From an uncultured delta proteobacterium (GTDB taxonomy: Bacteria > Desulfobacterota > Binatia > UBA9968): 64,000 nt of DNA. The stretch spans positions 160,001 through 224,000 of the forward strand of contig CAVXEP010000032.1 of NCBI GenBank assembly GCA_963760795.1. The letters run 5' to 3'. A program made the translations under genes and the position numbers. The notes beneath the pieces are model-generated. The model ran no database searches and had not been told where the DNA came from. It saw nothing but the letters and a program-made list of their open reading frames with translations. Positions 10,273-20,239 of the stretch are shown in pieces; position 1 is the first letter of the stretch, and each line of letters begins with the position of its first letter.

Positions 10273-11016
10273 ATGTTCAACCTCAAATCACTCGTAAGCG
10301 TAGCCTTTGTCCTGGCGGGTTCATTCGGACAATCCTTTGCTAAAGATGATCCGTGGTTCTTCACGGCCAAGGAGATCGCCAATGCCTATCGCTATCAGCA
10401 ACAGTTCGGCGCGCGTCTGCACAATCCCTTAGAGCCCCAAGCCTGTTTACACGGCCGAATGGAATTCGCCGCGTCGTCCCAAGGCAGGCGGTTCGTTGCG
10501 CCTTGCCGGTTCATCACCGAAACCACTCGCCAGTTAAGAGAGCTGTTGGAATCGGGGGCTGCCAAATATCTCTTCCCTCTGGATGTCGATTACGCCGACC
10601 TGGCGATCCCGGCAGATCTATACGAGAGCAAATACAAACAACTATCGAGCGGGGAGAGATTGCCGGCGCTGCTCCGTGAACCGGCGCTGGTAGCCATCTA
10701 CCATACGGCGCTGCATCTGGCGCCGGAGCCGAGCAATAGTGCTCCGAGTACGAGCGTGTGGGGAGAAAAGCGCACTGTCTCTGGCTTCTACGATGGGCGC
10801 CCGAACCAGCTCCTGGCGCGACGAATGGATGGGGGAGGCTATGATGAGCCGGAAGGGTTGGTTCGAGTGGGCAGCTTTGCCATGTTGAGCCATTTCTTGG
10901 GGGAGCTGACGTTGGTCGCGGGTGAAACCGTCGTGACGTTTGATTTGTCGTTCGACAACGATCGCGCGGCGGCGCCGACGGCGGACATCGTTACCGTGAG
11001 GGCGGCCGCCAAGTAA
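10273..11016 (+). CDS. Hypothetical exported protein
   Basis: GGAG RBS, ATG 10273, signal peptide ending SFA; no family recognised. Confidence 0.65.
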   Translation: MFNLKSLVSVAFVLAGSFGQSFAKDDPWFFTAKEIANAYRYQQQFGARLHNPLEPQACLHGRMEFAASSQGRRFVAPCRFITETTRQLRELLESGAAKYLFPLDVDYADLAIPADLYESKYKQLSSGERLPALLREPALVAIYHTALHLAPEPSNSAPSTSVWGEKRTVSGFYDGRPNQLLARRMDGGGYDEPEGLVRVGSFAMLSHFLGELTLVAGETVVTFDLSFDNDRAAAPTADIVTVRAAAK

Positions 11017-11680
11017 CACCGCGTCCGCCGCCGGCAGCGCGGATTTGTTCTCCGGGCTGGCCTCGGACTACTAGAAACCGGCCGCGGCTGATTGCCACAC
11101 GTCGCAAGGATCATTCACCATCTGCCGCTGGACTTGAAACGCAGCGTCGAGCGGTCGGTGGATCCGCAGGTTCAGTTTAACCCATTTGACGACACGCCGT
11201 TACGAAGTGAGCCACGCGGATTGAGGAAAGATAAATTAGTCAGCGGAGTGACCGGGGCCAGCTTGCTTGAGAAAAAAATGAATCAAACTCGCAATGTTTC
11301 CATGCCTGCCCTCGATTCCCCCGATTCCAACACATTGCGCATGTTGCAGCAAAGACTGCCTACTCATCGTGAATCCAGGCGAACAAATCAGGGACGGTTC
11401 AACTACTCATCTGAGCAAAGCCTTAGTCGGAAATGGCTTATAATTGGATCGCGCAACCTTCCGAGTCAGGACTTTCGATTCTGAAAATTCTCCCGCGGTT
11501 GTTTAACTATAAGCTCTATCAGACACGGACGTCCAAACAATTCTGACGAACGCAGCAAAGATCAGTGTTAGACTTTGACCACACAACAAAGATCGTTAGC
11601 TCGTGGTAGTATGACGTTGTGGCCTAAGGTATAAGCCATAAAATTGATCGAGGAACTGTAACTAATCTGAAGGAGGTATC

Positions 11681-12283
11681 ATGCGCGAGATCCTGACCGA
11701 TATCTTCACTTGGCCGTGGTTTTCGGAGCCGCACGGTTACAATTTTAACGGGCATTTCATTCGGCACGCTGATGGGAATCTTTGCGTCGATCCGGTGGAG
11801 CCGAGTGACGAAGATATGGCGGAGCTGGCGCGGCAGGGGGTCGCGCGCATTCTCATCACCAATCGCAACCACTCGCGCGCGGCGAACAAGATTCGTGCAC
11901 GTACCGGCGCGCGGACGGCGATCCATCCGGCGGACGCGTCGCACGCGCGGAGCGAGGGAGCGGTGCTGGATGACGAATTGAACCCAAGCGACAAGGTCGG
12001 CCCGTTTGTGGTGATCGACTCGCCGGGAAAATCGCTGGGAGAAGTTGTGCTTCACTGGCCGGAACGAAAAATCCTGCTCGTCGGCGACGCTGTGGTCGGT
12101 GATCCGCCTGGGAAGTGCAAGCTTTTGCCGGACAAGGTTGTCGACGATCCGCCGCGCCTACGCGATAGCGCGCGTCAACTGCTGGCGCTCGACTTCGATA
12201 TTTTATTGGTTGGCGACGGCGAGCCGATTCTCCAGTCTGCTAAAGAACGGCTGCGCGAATTGGTGTATACTTTTCCTCGGTGA
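11681..12283 (+). CDS. MBL-fold metallo-hydrolase-like protein with non-canonical metal motif
   Basis: VDP, ILITNRNHSR (degenerate HxHxDH), PGKSLGE, LLVGDA, LLVGDG; AGGAGG RBS. Confidence 0.75.
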   Translation: MREILTDIFTWPWFSEPHGYNFNGHFIRHADGNLCVDPVEPSDEDMAELARQGVARILITNRNHSRAANKIRARTGARTAIHPADASHARSEGAVLDDELNPSDKVGPFVVIDSPGKSLGEVVLHWPERKILLVGDAVVGDPPGKCKLLPDKVVDDPPRLRDSARQLLALDFDILLVGDGEPILQSAKERLRELVYTFPR

Positions 12284-12418
12284 GAAATCGCTGAAACGGC
12301 GACGATCCACAATTCACCGACCACACTTCTTCAGATAATGAAGCCTCGCCCTAATATTTTCGCCTTGACAGGCCGTCGCCGATCTCTATACAAGTCGGCC
12401 ATCGAAGGAGGAAACTTT

Positions 12419-13462
12419 ATGCGTTCGACTTTATCTCGGTCTTCGCGGTTCCTTTCCTTTCTATTTCTTCTCGTGTTTGGGTCTCGTACGCTCGCCGATG
12501 CGCAGTCGTTGCCGCGCTCGGTGACGGTTGGCTCCAATCCTCCGGGGACGGTTTTCTATGCGCTGGCGAGCGGGCTTTCCAAGGTTGCCAGCGAGGGGGC
12601 GCCGTTTCAGATGGTGGTTCAGCCCTATTCCGGCACCAGCACTTTTCTGCCGCTGCTCGATAGCGGCGAGATCGATTTCGGCATCAACAACGCGGTCGAC
12701 ATGGCGCTGTCCTACCAGGGGCCCGAGCGCTTGAAGATCGGCGGGCGCAATCCGTTTCAACACACGCCCAATGTCCGGCTGGTGATGCGCGGCGCGATTC
12801 TGATGACGGCGTTTCTCGTGCGCAAAGACTCGACGATGAAAACCGTGCAGGATATTCGCGGCAAAAGAGTGACCGGTGAATATCCGGCGCAGCTGGCCAA
12901 TTGGTACAACGTTTTCGGCTTTCTCGCCGGCGCTGGAATGAAGTTTGAAGACGTGAAGATCGTTCCGGTGCCGGGCGCCAATGAAGGCGTGGACGCGCTC
13001 ATCCAGGGACGCGCCGACGTTGCGCTGCACGCGGTCGATTCAGCTAAAGTCAAAGAAGCCGACGCGGCGATCGGCGTGCGCCATATCTCGCTCGACTGTT
13101 CGGCGCAGGGTGAGAAACGTCTGCGCGCCGCCGTGCCCGGCTACTACCCCCATTGGCTCAAACGCGGTCAGACGGCGGGTATCGCCGACGACACTTGCGT
13201 GAACGCCTACGATATTTACCTCACGACGCACAAAGGCGAGCCCGATCGAGTCGTCGGCGCAATTCTCAAAAATATTTGGGACAACGTCGATAAGCTTCCG
13301 CCGCTCCATCCCAGTTTTAAAGATTGGACGCGGCCGCGGGCGGTGGATGGCGACGTGACGATGCCGTACCATCCGGCCGCTGTGCAGTTTTACAAGGAGC
13401 GCAACGCTTGGTCGGCAGCCATGGACGAAGCGCAGCGCAAACTGCTTGCTCTAAATCCGTAG
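12419..13462 (+). CDS. TAXI family TRAP transporter solute-binding subunit
   Basis: GSNPPGTVFY, LDSGEIDFGI, PYHPAAVQFYKE; GAAGGAGG RBS. Confidence 0.85.
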   Translation: MRSTLSRSSRFLSFLFLLVFGSRTLADAQSLPRSVTVGSNPPGTVFYALASGLSKVASEGAPFQMVVQPYSGTSTFLPLLDSGEIDFGINNAVDMALSYQGPERLKIGGRNPFQHTPNVRLVMRGAILMTAFLVRKDSTMKTVQDIRGKRVTGEYPAQLANWYNVFGFLAGAGMKFEDVKIVPVPGANEGVDALIQGRADVALHAVDSAKVKEADAAIGVRHISLDCSAQGEKRLRAAVPGYYPHWLKRGQTAGIADDTCVNAYDIYLTTHKGEPDRVVGAILKNIWDNVDKLPPLHPSFKDWTRPRAVDGDVTMPYHPAAVQFYKERNAWSAAMDEAQRKLLALNP

Positions 13463-13508
13463 CGATAGCTTGGCCTGTGCGACACTGTGCGCTTGAAGGT
13501 TTGGATCC

Positions 13509-13666
13509 GGATATTCCTCGCGCCAAGGGCGCCAAGTGACAGCCTCGAAGCCTGTCATCCCGAGCGAATGCGAGGGATCTCAGAAGGATTTCTCTCTCCG
13601 TTCGAAATGACAACGTTGTTGCTTTGCGCCCTTTGCCGGCTTGGCGCGAAATACTCCGAATTTCGA
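13509..13666. repeat. Composite repeat (CGCCAAG outer palindrome with nested family C element)
   Basis: CGCGCCAAGGGCGCCAAG..TGTCATCCCGAGCGAATGCGAGGGATCTC..CGAAATGACA..CTTGGCGCG; matches 7610-7767. Confidence 0.75.
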
Positions 13667-13763
13667 TTGTCGCTCTGCCGTGCTTGCCTACTTGCGGTTA
13701 ATCACTCAAGTCCTAAACTCTTCCGCGGATGCCGCAATTCGTTGCCGGACTGACAACCGGAAA

Positions 13764-14048
13764 CTATTTCTCAGGCTTGGGCGCTTTCGCCGGTTTGCGC
13801 GGGTCGTCATCTTCGGGGAGGCAGACGTAGGTAAAGGAGGAATTGTTGCTGGTGAAGATGACGGTGTTCTTTTCGAATTTGGCGTCTTTGAACTGCTTCC
13901 ACATGTCGAGTTTGTCTTTGACACTGGCCAGGCACTTGTCGCGAGACCCCAATCCGGGGGCGGCGGACCAGCTGTCTGAGGTCGGCGATATGGTGCGGGT
14001 CCAGATCGTCCAGGTAAGTAGCAGCATCAAGTAAACGGCTTTTTGCAT
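13764..14048 (-). CDS. Small hypothetical exported protein
   Basis: GAGGG RBS, hydrophobic N-terminus, two Cys, CLPEDDDPR tail. Confidence 0.65.
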   Translation of the reverse strand: MQKAVYLMLLLTWTIWTRTISPTSDSWSAAPGLGSRDKCLASVKDKLDMWKQFKDAKFEKNTVIFTSNNSSFTYVCLPEDDDPRKPAKAPKPEK

Positions 14049-14107
14049 ATATCCCTCGCTACGATCAACAGTTTAGACGACTTGCCCAACAAAAGCTTGT
14101 GATATGA

Positions 14108-14662
14108 TTAGCCGCCTTCATTAAGAATCTGCTGTAACGGGCTGAAATTGAACTTTTGCGAAAACGCCGCTTCTTTGGGGTTGATGCCGGCAAGTTGATC
14201 GTCGACTAGAGGTGTGAGCGCCGCGTCGTTCAACATTCGATCCTTGGTAAAATTGCCGACCGCGAGTTGATAGACGCCGTCAGCGATCTCCTTGTCGGAT
14301 TTGAGAAAGCTCGCCATGGCCGCCGACAGAATCGTCGAGCCGATGCGCGACGTAACGGCTATGTCGCCGCGGCTCAGCGCCGCGCGGCCGACCTCAGCGC
14401 GGGTGACGATCAATTTTACGGCCAAATTCTGCTCGCGGAAGAAGCCCTGGTGCAACGCTACGGCAACCGGGATGTAGAACGGTGCTGGGATCGGATAGGA
14501 GCCATTGATGGTATCGAGAACGGCGAGATTGGCGGAGCTACCGGCCCCAAGCAGCATAGCGATCGTCACGACCAGACGAAGCGCGCGGCAGCGGGATTGA
14601 TTCACGTTCTCTTGGTACATCTTTGCGGCATTTAACTCAAGAAAATTCTCAATCTGCGACAC
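14108..14662 (-). pseudogene. Internally deleted NitT/TauT solute-binding protein
   Basis: N-terminal VALHQGFFREQNL..AALSRGDI joined directly to C-terminal FNFSPLQQIL; about 150 aa shorter than the family norm; start uncertain. Confidence 0.6.
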
Positions 14663-14736
14663 CTCAGGGTTTCCCTTGACAGGGTGCGTCTGTCAGGCGT
14701 ACGAGGGATTATCAATGGCGAGGGAGGGAATGATTT

Positions 14737-15756
14737 ATGGCAAATCTTGAAGTCATCGATGCCGATGGCCACATTACCGAGAGCGACGCGCAACTGAAAA
14801 AATACATGCCGGAGAAGTATGTTAAACGGGTTTCCTCGTTGACGCCGGGCGATAGTTGGGACCGCTCGCTCAGCGGCAAGCTCGGCAGCCGGGCTGGGGA
14901 TGCCAAGAGTTGGCTCGACGCGATGGATCGTGGCAACGTTTCCACCGCGGTGCTCTATCCGACCAACGGTCTCAGCGTCGGCTGGATTCGCGAGCCGGAC
15001 GTCGCTGTGCAGTATGCTCAGGCGTGGAACAATTTCTGTTCCGAAGAGTTTCAGAAAGTCAGCCCGCGCTTGAAGTGCGTTGCCTTGGTGTCGTTTCAAG
15101 ATGTCCCCGAGGCGGTCAAAGAGCTGCGCCGGGCGGTGCAGGAACTAAAACTGGTCGGCTTGATGCTACCCGCCGTCGGCCTGCGCCAGCCGCTGGGTCA
15201 CGAAAGTTTTTGGCCTATCTATGAAGCGGCGGAAAAGCTCGACTGCATGATCGGCGTCCATGCCACCGTGCGCGGGCCGCATTACTTTGCCGGCGATATG
15301 TTTGACCAGTTCATCGAGGTGCACACGCTGTCGCATGCGTTCGCCCAGATGATGCATTGCACCAGCCTGATGTTTCGCGGCGTCTTCGACCGCTTTCCCA
15401 AGTTGCGCGTGGCGTTCATGGAAGCGGGCTGCAGCTGGGCGCCCTATTGGTTTGGGCGCATGAGCGAGGAGTGGGAGATTCGCGGTGAAGTCGAGGCGCC
15501 GATGTGCAAGCGCAAGCCGATTGATTATCTGAAAGATGGCCGGATCTATTTTCACGCCGAAGACTACGAGCCGTTGATCGGCGCGACCGCGGAAATCCTG
15601 TCCCATCGCAATATTTATTACGCCTCCGATTTCCCCCATTGGGATACTGAGTTCCCGGAGAATATTCAGCATCTAAACAGGCGCAAAGACTTGAACGACG
15701 AAGCCAAGAAATGGCTGTTCGCCGAGAGCGCCAAGAAACTCTATAACCTGAGTTAA
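14737..15756 (+). CDS. Amidohydrolase family 2 protein
   Basis: IDADGHITE, VLYPT, RFPKLRVAFMEAG, YASDFPHWD. Confidence 0.9.
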   Translation: MANLEVIDADGHITESDAQLKKYMPEKYVKRVSSLTPGDSWDRSLSGKLGSRAGDAKSWLDAMDRGNVSTAVLYPTNGLSVGWIREPDVAVQYAQAWNNFCSEEFQKVSPRLKCVALVSFQDVPEAVKELRRAVQELKLVGLMLPAVGLRQPLGHESFWPIYEAAEKLDCMIGVHATVRGPHYFAGDMFDQFIEVHTLSHAFAQMMHCTSLMFRGVFDRFPKLRVAFMEAGCSWAPYWFGRMSEEWEIRGEVEAPMCKRKPIDYLKDGRIYFHAEDYEPLIGATAEILSHRNIYYASDFPHWDTEFPENIQHLNRRKDLNDEAKKWLFAESAKKLYNLS

Positions 15757-15758
15757 GG

Positions 15759-16790
15759 ATGACTATGGGCGTTAAACGCAAAGTTTGCATGACCGGGCCC
15801 ACTGGGCTGACGGTGGTCGCGGACGCCTTGCGGCAGGCGGGCTGCGAGGTGGTGCTCGGTAAGCCGCTGGACGATTTTCGCGAGTTTCGCTACGAACGCA
15901 AGGATCTGGTCAAGCTGATCGGCGACGCGCCGATTGTCTTTCCGGCTGGACGCGATTTCATCGGCGCGGATATTTTGGACTCCTGTCCGGAGCTGCAAGC
16001 CGTGGTGAAGTCGAGCATCGGCATCGAGACCGTCGATGTCGATGCCGCCACCGATTTGGGCATTATCTGCTGCAACAGCCCGACGCCGGAGAATTACATG
16101 GGCGTGGCCGAGGCGACCGTCGGGTTGATGGTGGCGCTGTTCAAGCGCTTGAAGCGCAATGAGAAGCAAATGCGCACCCACGGCTGGAAAGAAGCGCGCA
16201 ACAACGGCGTGCTCATGTTGGGCAAGACGGTGGGCATCATCGGTGTTGGCCGCGTCGGTCAAAACGTTGCCAAGCGGCTGGGCGGCTGGGGCATGAAGCT
16301 CCTGGGCTACGATCCCTACGTCAAGCAGGAGAAGGTGGCAGACCTGGGCGTAAAAATGGTTTCACTGGAAGAGCTGCTGCGCGAGGCCGATGTCGTGACC
16401 CTCCATGTGGTTCTGACCCGCGAGACCCGCGGCATGCTCGGATTGGCGCAGTTGAAGTTGATGAAGCCCAGCGCCTTTCTCATCAATACCTCGCGCGGCC
16501 CGGCGATCAAGGAAACCGAGTTAATTCAAGCTTTGAATGATCAGATCATCGCCGGGGCGGCGCTCGATGTCTTTGCCGAAGAACCCACGCCCATGAGCAA
16601 TCCGCTACGCCAGGTCGACCCGGAGAAGTTGATCCTGACGCCGCATACCATCGGCACCAATCCGGGCTCCCAGACGGCCGGACAGAAGCTGGCGGTGCAG
16701 AGCATCCTCGCGTTGCTCGATGGCAAGGTTCCCGACACCGTGGTCAATCCGCTGGCGATTCCGCGCTGGAAGGAACGATTTTGGTCGTGA
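15759..16790 (+). CDS. D-isomer-specific 2-hydroxyacid dehydrogenase (phosphoglycerate dehydrogenase-like)
   Basis: GIIGVGRVG, INTSRG, ALDVFAEEP, LTPH. Confidence 0.9.
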   Translation: MTMGVKRKVCMTGPTGLTVVADALRQAGCEVVLGKPLDDFREFRYERKDLVKLIGDAPIVFPAGRDFIGADILDSCPELQAVVKSSIGIETVDVDAATDLGIICCNSPTPENYMGVAEATVGLMVALFKRLKRNEKQMRTHGWKEARNNGVLMLGKTVGIIGVGRVGQNVAKRLGGWGMKLLGYDPYVKQEKVADLGVKMVSLEELLREADVVTLHVVLTRETRGMLGLAQLKLMKPSAFLINTSRGPAIKETELIQALNDQIIAGAALDVFAEEPTPMSNPLRQVDPEKLILTPHTIGTNPGSQTAGQKLAVQSILALLDGKVPDTVVNPLAIPRWKERFWS

Positions 16791-16811
16791 ATATTCTACA
16801 GTGGGAGCAAT

Positions 16812-16893
16812 TGTCATTCCGAGGTGAAGCCGAGGAATCTCGACTTCGTTAGTGACAGAAAAGACGAGATCCCTCGCTGCGCTCGGGATGACA
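16812..16893. repeat. REP-like palindromic element family C
   Basis: TGTCATTCCGAG..GAGGAATCTC...GAGATCCCTCG..CTCGGGATGACA; related copy 22448-22532. Confidence 0.8.
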
Positions 16894-16939
16894 GAAATGG
16901 GAGATCTACGCTTTGCGACAGGGTCTCGCTTTGGTAACG

Positions 16940-17926
16940 ATGAAGCTAAATTTTTTCTGCAAGATATTCGTGGTCGTGGTCGTGCTCGGTTCGGAAGCCG
17001 AGCTTCTTGCCGCCAGCGCGACGATGCGCGTCGGCTATCCGCAACCGAGCGGGGCGATGCTGCCGCTCTGGCTCGTCAGCGAAGCCAAGCTCGATCAAAA
17101 ATACGGCGTGCCGGTGCAGAATATTTTTATCTCCGGCGCCGGGCGCATGACGCAGGCGATGGTCGCCGGCGATATCGATCTTGCCAGCATCGGCGGCGCG
17201 GTGGTCAATACGGTCTTGGGCGGCGGCGATCTGGTGTCGATCGCCGTAGGCGTGCCGACCTATGGTTTTTCTTTTTACGCCCGCGCCGAGGTCAAGGATA
17301 TCGCCAGCCTGCAAGGCAAAGTGGTCGGCATCATGAGCAAGGGAGCGTCATCCGAGCACGCGGTGATCGCCTTGATGCAACGTCACAATCTGCAACCCGG
17401 CAAGGACGTGAAGTTCATCTATCTGGGCGGTGTGCGCGAAGTGCTCGCCGCCATTGAGCACGGCATCGCGGCCGCGGGCGTGTTGTCGTCGCCGACGACT
17501 CTAGCGGCGCGGCGCCTGGGGCAAAAGGAGCTGGTCAATATCGCCACCCTCGGTTTGCCCTACATGCACAGCGGCGTGGCGACGCGGCGCGTGTTCGCGC
17601 GCCAGCAGCCGGAACGGATCAAGGCTTATCTGCGCGCCTACATCGCCGCCATCAAAATCGCCAATGAAGATGCCGAGACCAGCAAGCGCGCGCTGAGCCG
17701 CTATCTAGTTACCAGCGACAGCGCGATCCTGGACGAAGCCTATCAAACCTTCCGGGGAATTTTTCCGCGGATTCCCTATGTCACCGAGGAGCAGATCAAA
17801 TCGAGCCTGGTGCTGTCCGAACATCCCAAAGCGGCGGCGGCCAACCCGAAAGACTTTTTCGACACGCGGTTGTTAAAAGAAATCGAAGACAGCGGTTTTG
17901 TCCAGGAGCTTTATGGCCGGCGCTAA
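16940..17926 (+). CDS. NitT/TauT ABC transporter substrate-binding protein
   Basis: Signal peptide, GYPQPSG, LQGKVVG, FFDTRLLKEIEDSGF. Confidence 0.88.
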   Translation: MKLNFFCKIFVVVVVLGSEAELLAASATMRVGYPQPSGAMLPLWLVSEAKLDQKYGVPVQNIFISGAGRMTQAMVAGDIDLASIGGAVVNTVLGGGDLVSIAVGVPTYGFSFYARAEVKDIASLQGKVVGIMSKGASSEHAVIALMQRHNLQPGKDVKFIYLGGVREVLAAIEHGIAAAGVLSSPTTLAARRLGQKELVNIATLGLPYMHSGVATRRVFARQQPERIKAYLRAYIAAIKIANEDAETSKRALSRYLVTSDSAILDEAYQTFRGIFPRIPYVTEEQIKSSLVLSEHPKAAAANPKDFFDTRLLKEIEDSGFVQELYGRR

Positions 17927-19055
17927 TCGGCTTTATCGGGTGGTAAGGACATCGGATCTCACCACGAAGATCACGAAGGACACGAAGGTTTCGGATAATT
18001 ATCATTCCGAACTTCGTGCTCTTCGTGTCCTTCGTGGTGAATACTCTGTTGCATTCACTCGCAAGCGCGTCGTGCTGAGCGCGCTCGTGGGTTTCGCGCT
18101 GTTGCTCATGCAAACATCGGCGCGGGAGAGTTTCGCCGCGTCGGCTAACAATATTCGCATCGGCTATCCGCAACCTTCCGGGGCGATGTTGCCGCTATGG
18201 GTGATGGCGGAAGCGAAGCTCGACCGGAAATATGGCGTCGACCTGCAGAACATTTACATCTCCGGCGGCGCGCGGCTGACGCAGACGCTGGTCTCCGGAG
18301 ACATCGAGTTGGCGGCTACCGGCGGCGCCGTGGTCAACGCGGTCTTGAGCGGCGCCGATCTGACCTATGTCGCGGCCAGCGTGCCGACTTATGGTTTCTC
18401 GCTATACGTTCGCAACGATGTCAAAGATGTCCCTTCGCTCAAAGGCAAAGTCGTCGGCTTGATGACTAAGGGCGCGTCGACGGATCATGGCCTGACAGCG
18501 CTCCTGCGCCAATACAACTTGCGCTCCGGTCAGGATGTCAAAGTTTTATATCTTGGCGGTGTGCGCGAGGGCTTGGCCGCGCTGGATCGCGGCATCGTCT
18601 CGGCAACGACGATATCGGCGCCGACGACATTGATGGCGCGGCGCATGGGTTACAAGGAACTGCTCAATTTTGCCGATCTGAAAATCCCCTACATTCAACT
18701 TGGCATTGTCGCCCACCGGGCTTTCCTGCGCCAGCAACCGGAGCGCATGAAAGCTTTTCTCAAAGGGTACCTCGCGGCGATCAAAGTCGTCAACGAAGAT
18801 AGCGACACCAGCAAGCGGGCGCTGGCGAAATATCTGGCGACCAACGATGGCGCGATTCTCGACGAAGCTTACCAGGCCTACCGCGGCATCTATCCGAAAG
18901 TTCCCTATACCACAGAGGAGCAGGTGCGCTCGATCCTCAGCGTCGCCGATCACCCTAAAGCCGCCGCGGCGGACCCCAAAGAGTTCTTTGACAACCGCTT
19001 CGTTAAAGAGTTAGAAGATACAGGATTTATCAAGGAACTTTACGGTCAACGCTAA
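17913..19055 (+). CDS. NitT/TauT ABC transporter substrate-binding protein (palindromic repeat in N-terminal leader)
   Basis: AGGAG RBS and ATG 17913 overlapping the upstream gene end; close paralog of 16940-17926. Confidence 0.85.
   Translation: MAGANRLYRVVRTSDLTTKITKDTKVSDNYHSELRALRVLRGEYSVAFTRKRVVLSALVGFALLLMQTSARESFAASANNIRIGYPQPSGAMLPLWVMAEAKLDRKYGVDLQNIYISGGARLTQTLVSGDIELAATGGAVVNAVLSGADLTYVAASVPTYGFSLYVRNDVKDVPSLKGKVVGLMTKGASTDHGLTALLRQYNLRSGQDVKVLYLGGVREGLAALDRGIVSATTISAPTTLMARRMGYKELLNFADLKIPYIQLGIVAHRAFLRQQPERMKAFLKGYLAAIKVVNEDSDTSKRALAKYLATNDGAILDEAYQAYRGIYPKVPYTTEEQVRSILSVADHPKAAAADPKEFFDNRFVKELEDTGFIKELYGQR
17959..18041. repeat. Palindromic element family A, in frame within the SBP ORF
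   Basis: TCACCACGAAGATCACGAAGGACACGAAG..TTCGGA..TCCGAA.CTTCGTGCTCTTCGTGTCCTTCGTGGTGA. Confidence 0.9.
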
Positions 19056-19070
19056 CCGGGTAGTACGACT

Positions 19071-20081
19071 ATGAGCAAGTCAAACCATTCAGCGACGGCG
19101 ATTTCACTGGCGCTATCGATTGTCCTAATCACTCACATGGCCCAAGGCGCGGCGGCGCCGGACAAGCTCATCGGTGTCCATTCGGCGCGGGTCATGTCGC
19201 AATCCTTTCCCTGGGTGGCCCAGGAAGCAGGCTTGTTCAAGAAGTACAATATAGATTTCAATCTGGTGTTTATCTCCTCGTCGGCCATCGTTACCGCGGC
19301 ATTGCTCGGCGGCGATACCGAGATGACCATCACCGGCGGCATCGGCAACGTCGCTGCCTATGTCAAAGGCTCGACGGATATCGTTTTCACCGGCGGCGTT
19401 AAAAACGTCATGACCCAGACCCTGGTGGCCGGCGGGAATATCAAACGGCCCGAGGACCTGAAGGGAAAGCGGATCGGCGTCAGCCGCATCGGCGGCAACT
19501 CGCATTACTTTACGATTCAGGCGCTACGGCGCCACGGCATGGAGCCTAACCGCGACTATAGTTTTCTCCAGACCGGCGGCGATCCGGAAACCCTCGCGGC
19601 CTTGATGAGCGGCTCCTTGGAGGTGGCTAACTTGACGCCGCCCACCGATGCCCAAGCCATTGCCAAGGGTTATCATTATGTAATTTACGGTCCCGACTTG
19701 AAGATCCCTTATTCGGCAACGGCGTTTGTCACCAAGCGCTCGGTGATGGCCAAACGGCCGGCGACGGTCGCCAACTTCATGCGCGCCATGGCGGAGGCTT
19801 CCAAGATCGTCCACACCGACCGCGAATTTTATTACAAAGTGCTGGGCAAGTATCTGCGTATCCAGGACCGCAGCGTCCTCGATTCGGCTTACAACGCCGA
19901 GATCAAAGCGCTGGAACCGCGATTGACGATCAAACTCGAATCCTTGCAAGCGATTCTCGACGAGCTGGCGCCCACCGACGCCCGCGCCAAGAATGTCAAA
20001 CCGCAGGAAATGGTCGATAACCGCTATCTCGATGAGATGAACAAGAGCGGCTTCATGGATCAGCTGTGGAGCAGGAAGTGA
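19071..20081 (+). CDS. NitT/TauT ABC transporter substrate-binding protein
   Basis: WVAQEAGLFKKY, DLKGKRIGVS, VDNRYLDEMNKSGF. Confidence 0.9.
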   Translation: MSKSNHSATAISLALSIVLITHMAQGAAAPDKLIGVHSARVMSQSFPWVAQEAGLFKKYNIDFNLVFISSSAIVTAALLGGDTEMTITGGIGNVAAYVKGSTDIVFTGGVKNVMTQTLVAGGNIKRPEDLKGKRIGVSRIGGNSHYFTIQALRRHGMEPNRDYSFLQTGGDPETLAALMSGSLEVANLTPPTDAQAIAKGYHYVIYGPDLKIPYSATAFVTKRSVMAKRPATVANFMRAMAEASKIVHTDREFYYKVLGKYLRIQDRSVLDSAYNAEIKALEPRLTIKLESLQAILDELAPTDARAKNVKPQEMVDNRYLDEMNKSGFMDQLWSRK

Positions 20082-20224
20082 TGGCGGTGTTAACCAGCGA
20101 GTGGAACCTGGCGCAGACCGATGAGCGGGCGAAGAAGGTCAAACCACCGGAATTGTCCGATCCGCGGTTTTTAAATGATATGGAAAAGAGTGGCTTTTGG
20201 GATCAAATCTGGGCTAAAAGATAG
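20081..20224 (+). pseudogene. 47-aa C-terminal remnant of a further SBP paralog
   Basis: LAQTDERAKKVKPPELSDPRFLNDMEKSGFWDQIW aligns with the upstream C-terminus LAPTDARAKNVKPQEMVDNRYLDEMNKSGFMDQLW. Confidence 0.75.
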
Positions 20225-20239
20225 GAAAAGGGAGGGGCT

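Noticed and set aside
11370-11480. GCAAAGCC as a possible c-di-GMP-I riboswitch fragment
   Set aside because: The GGCAAAC..GAAA..GACGCAAAGC architecture is absent
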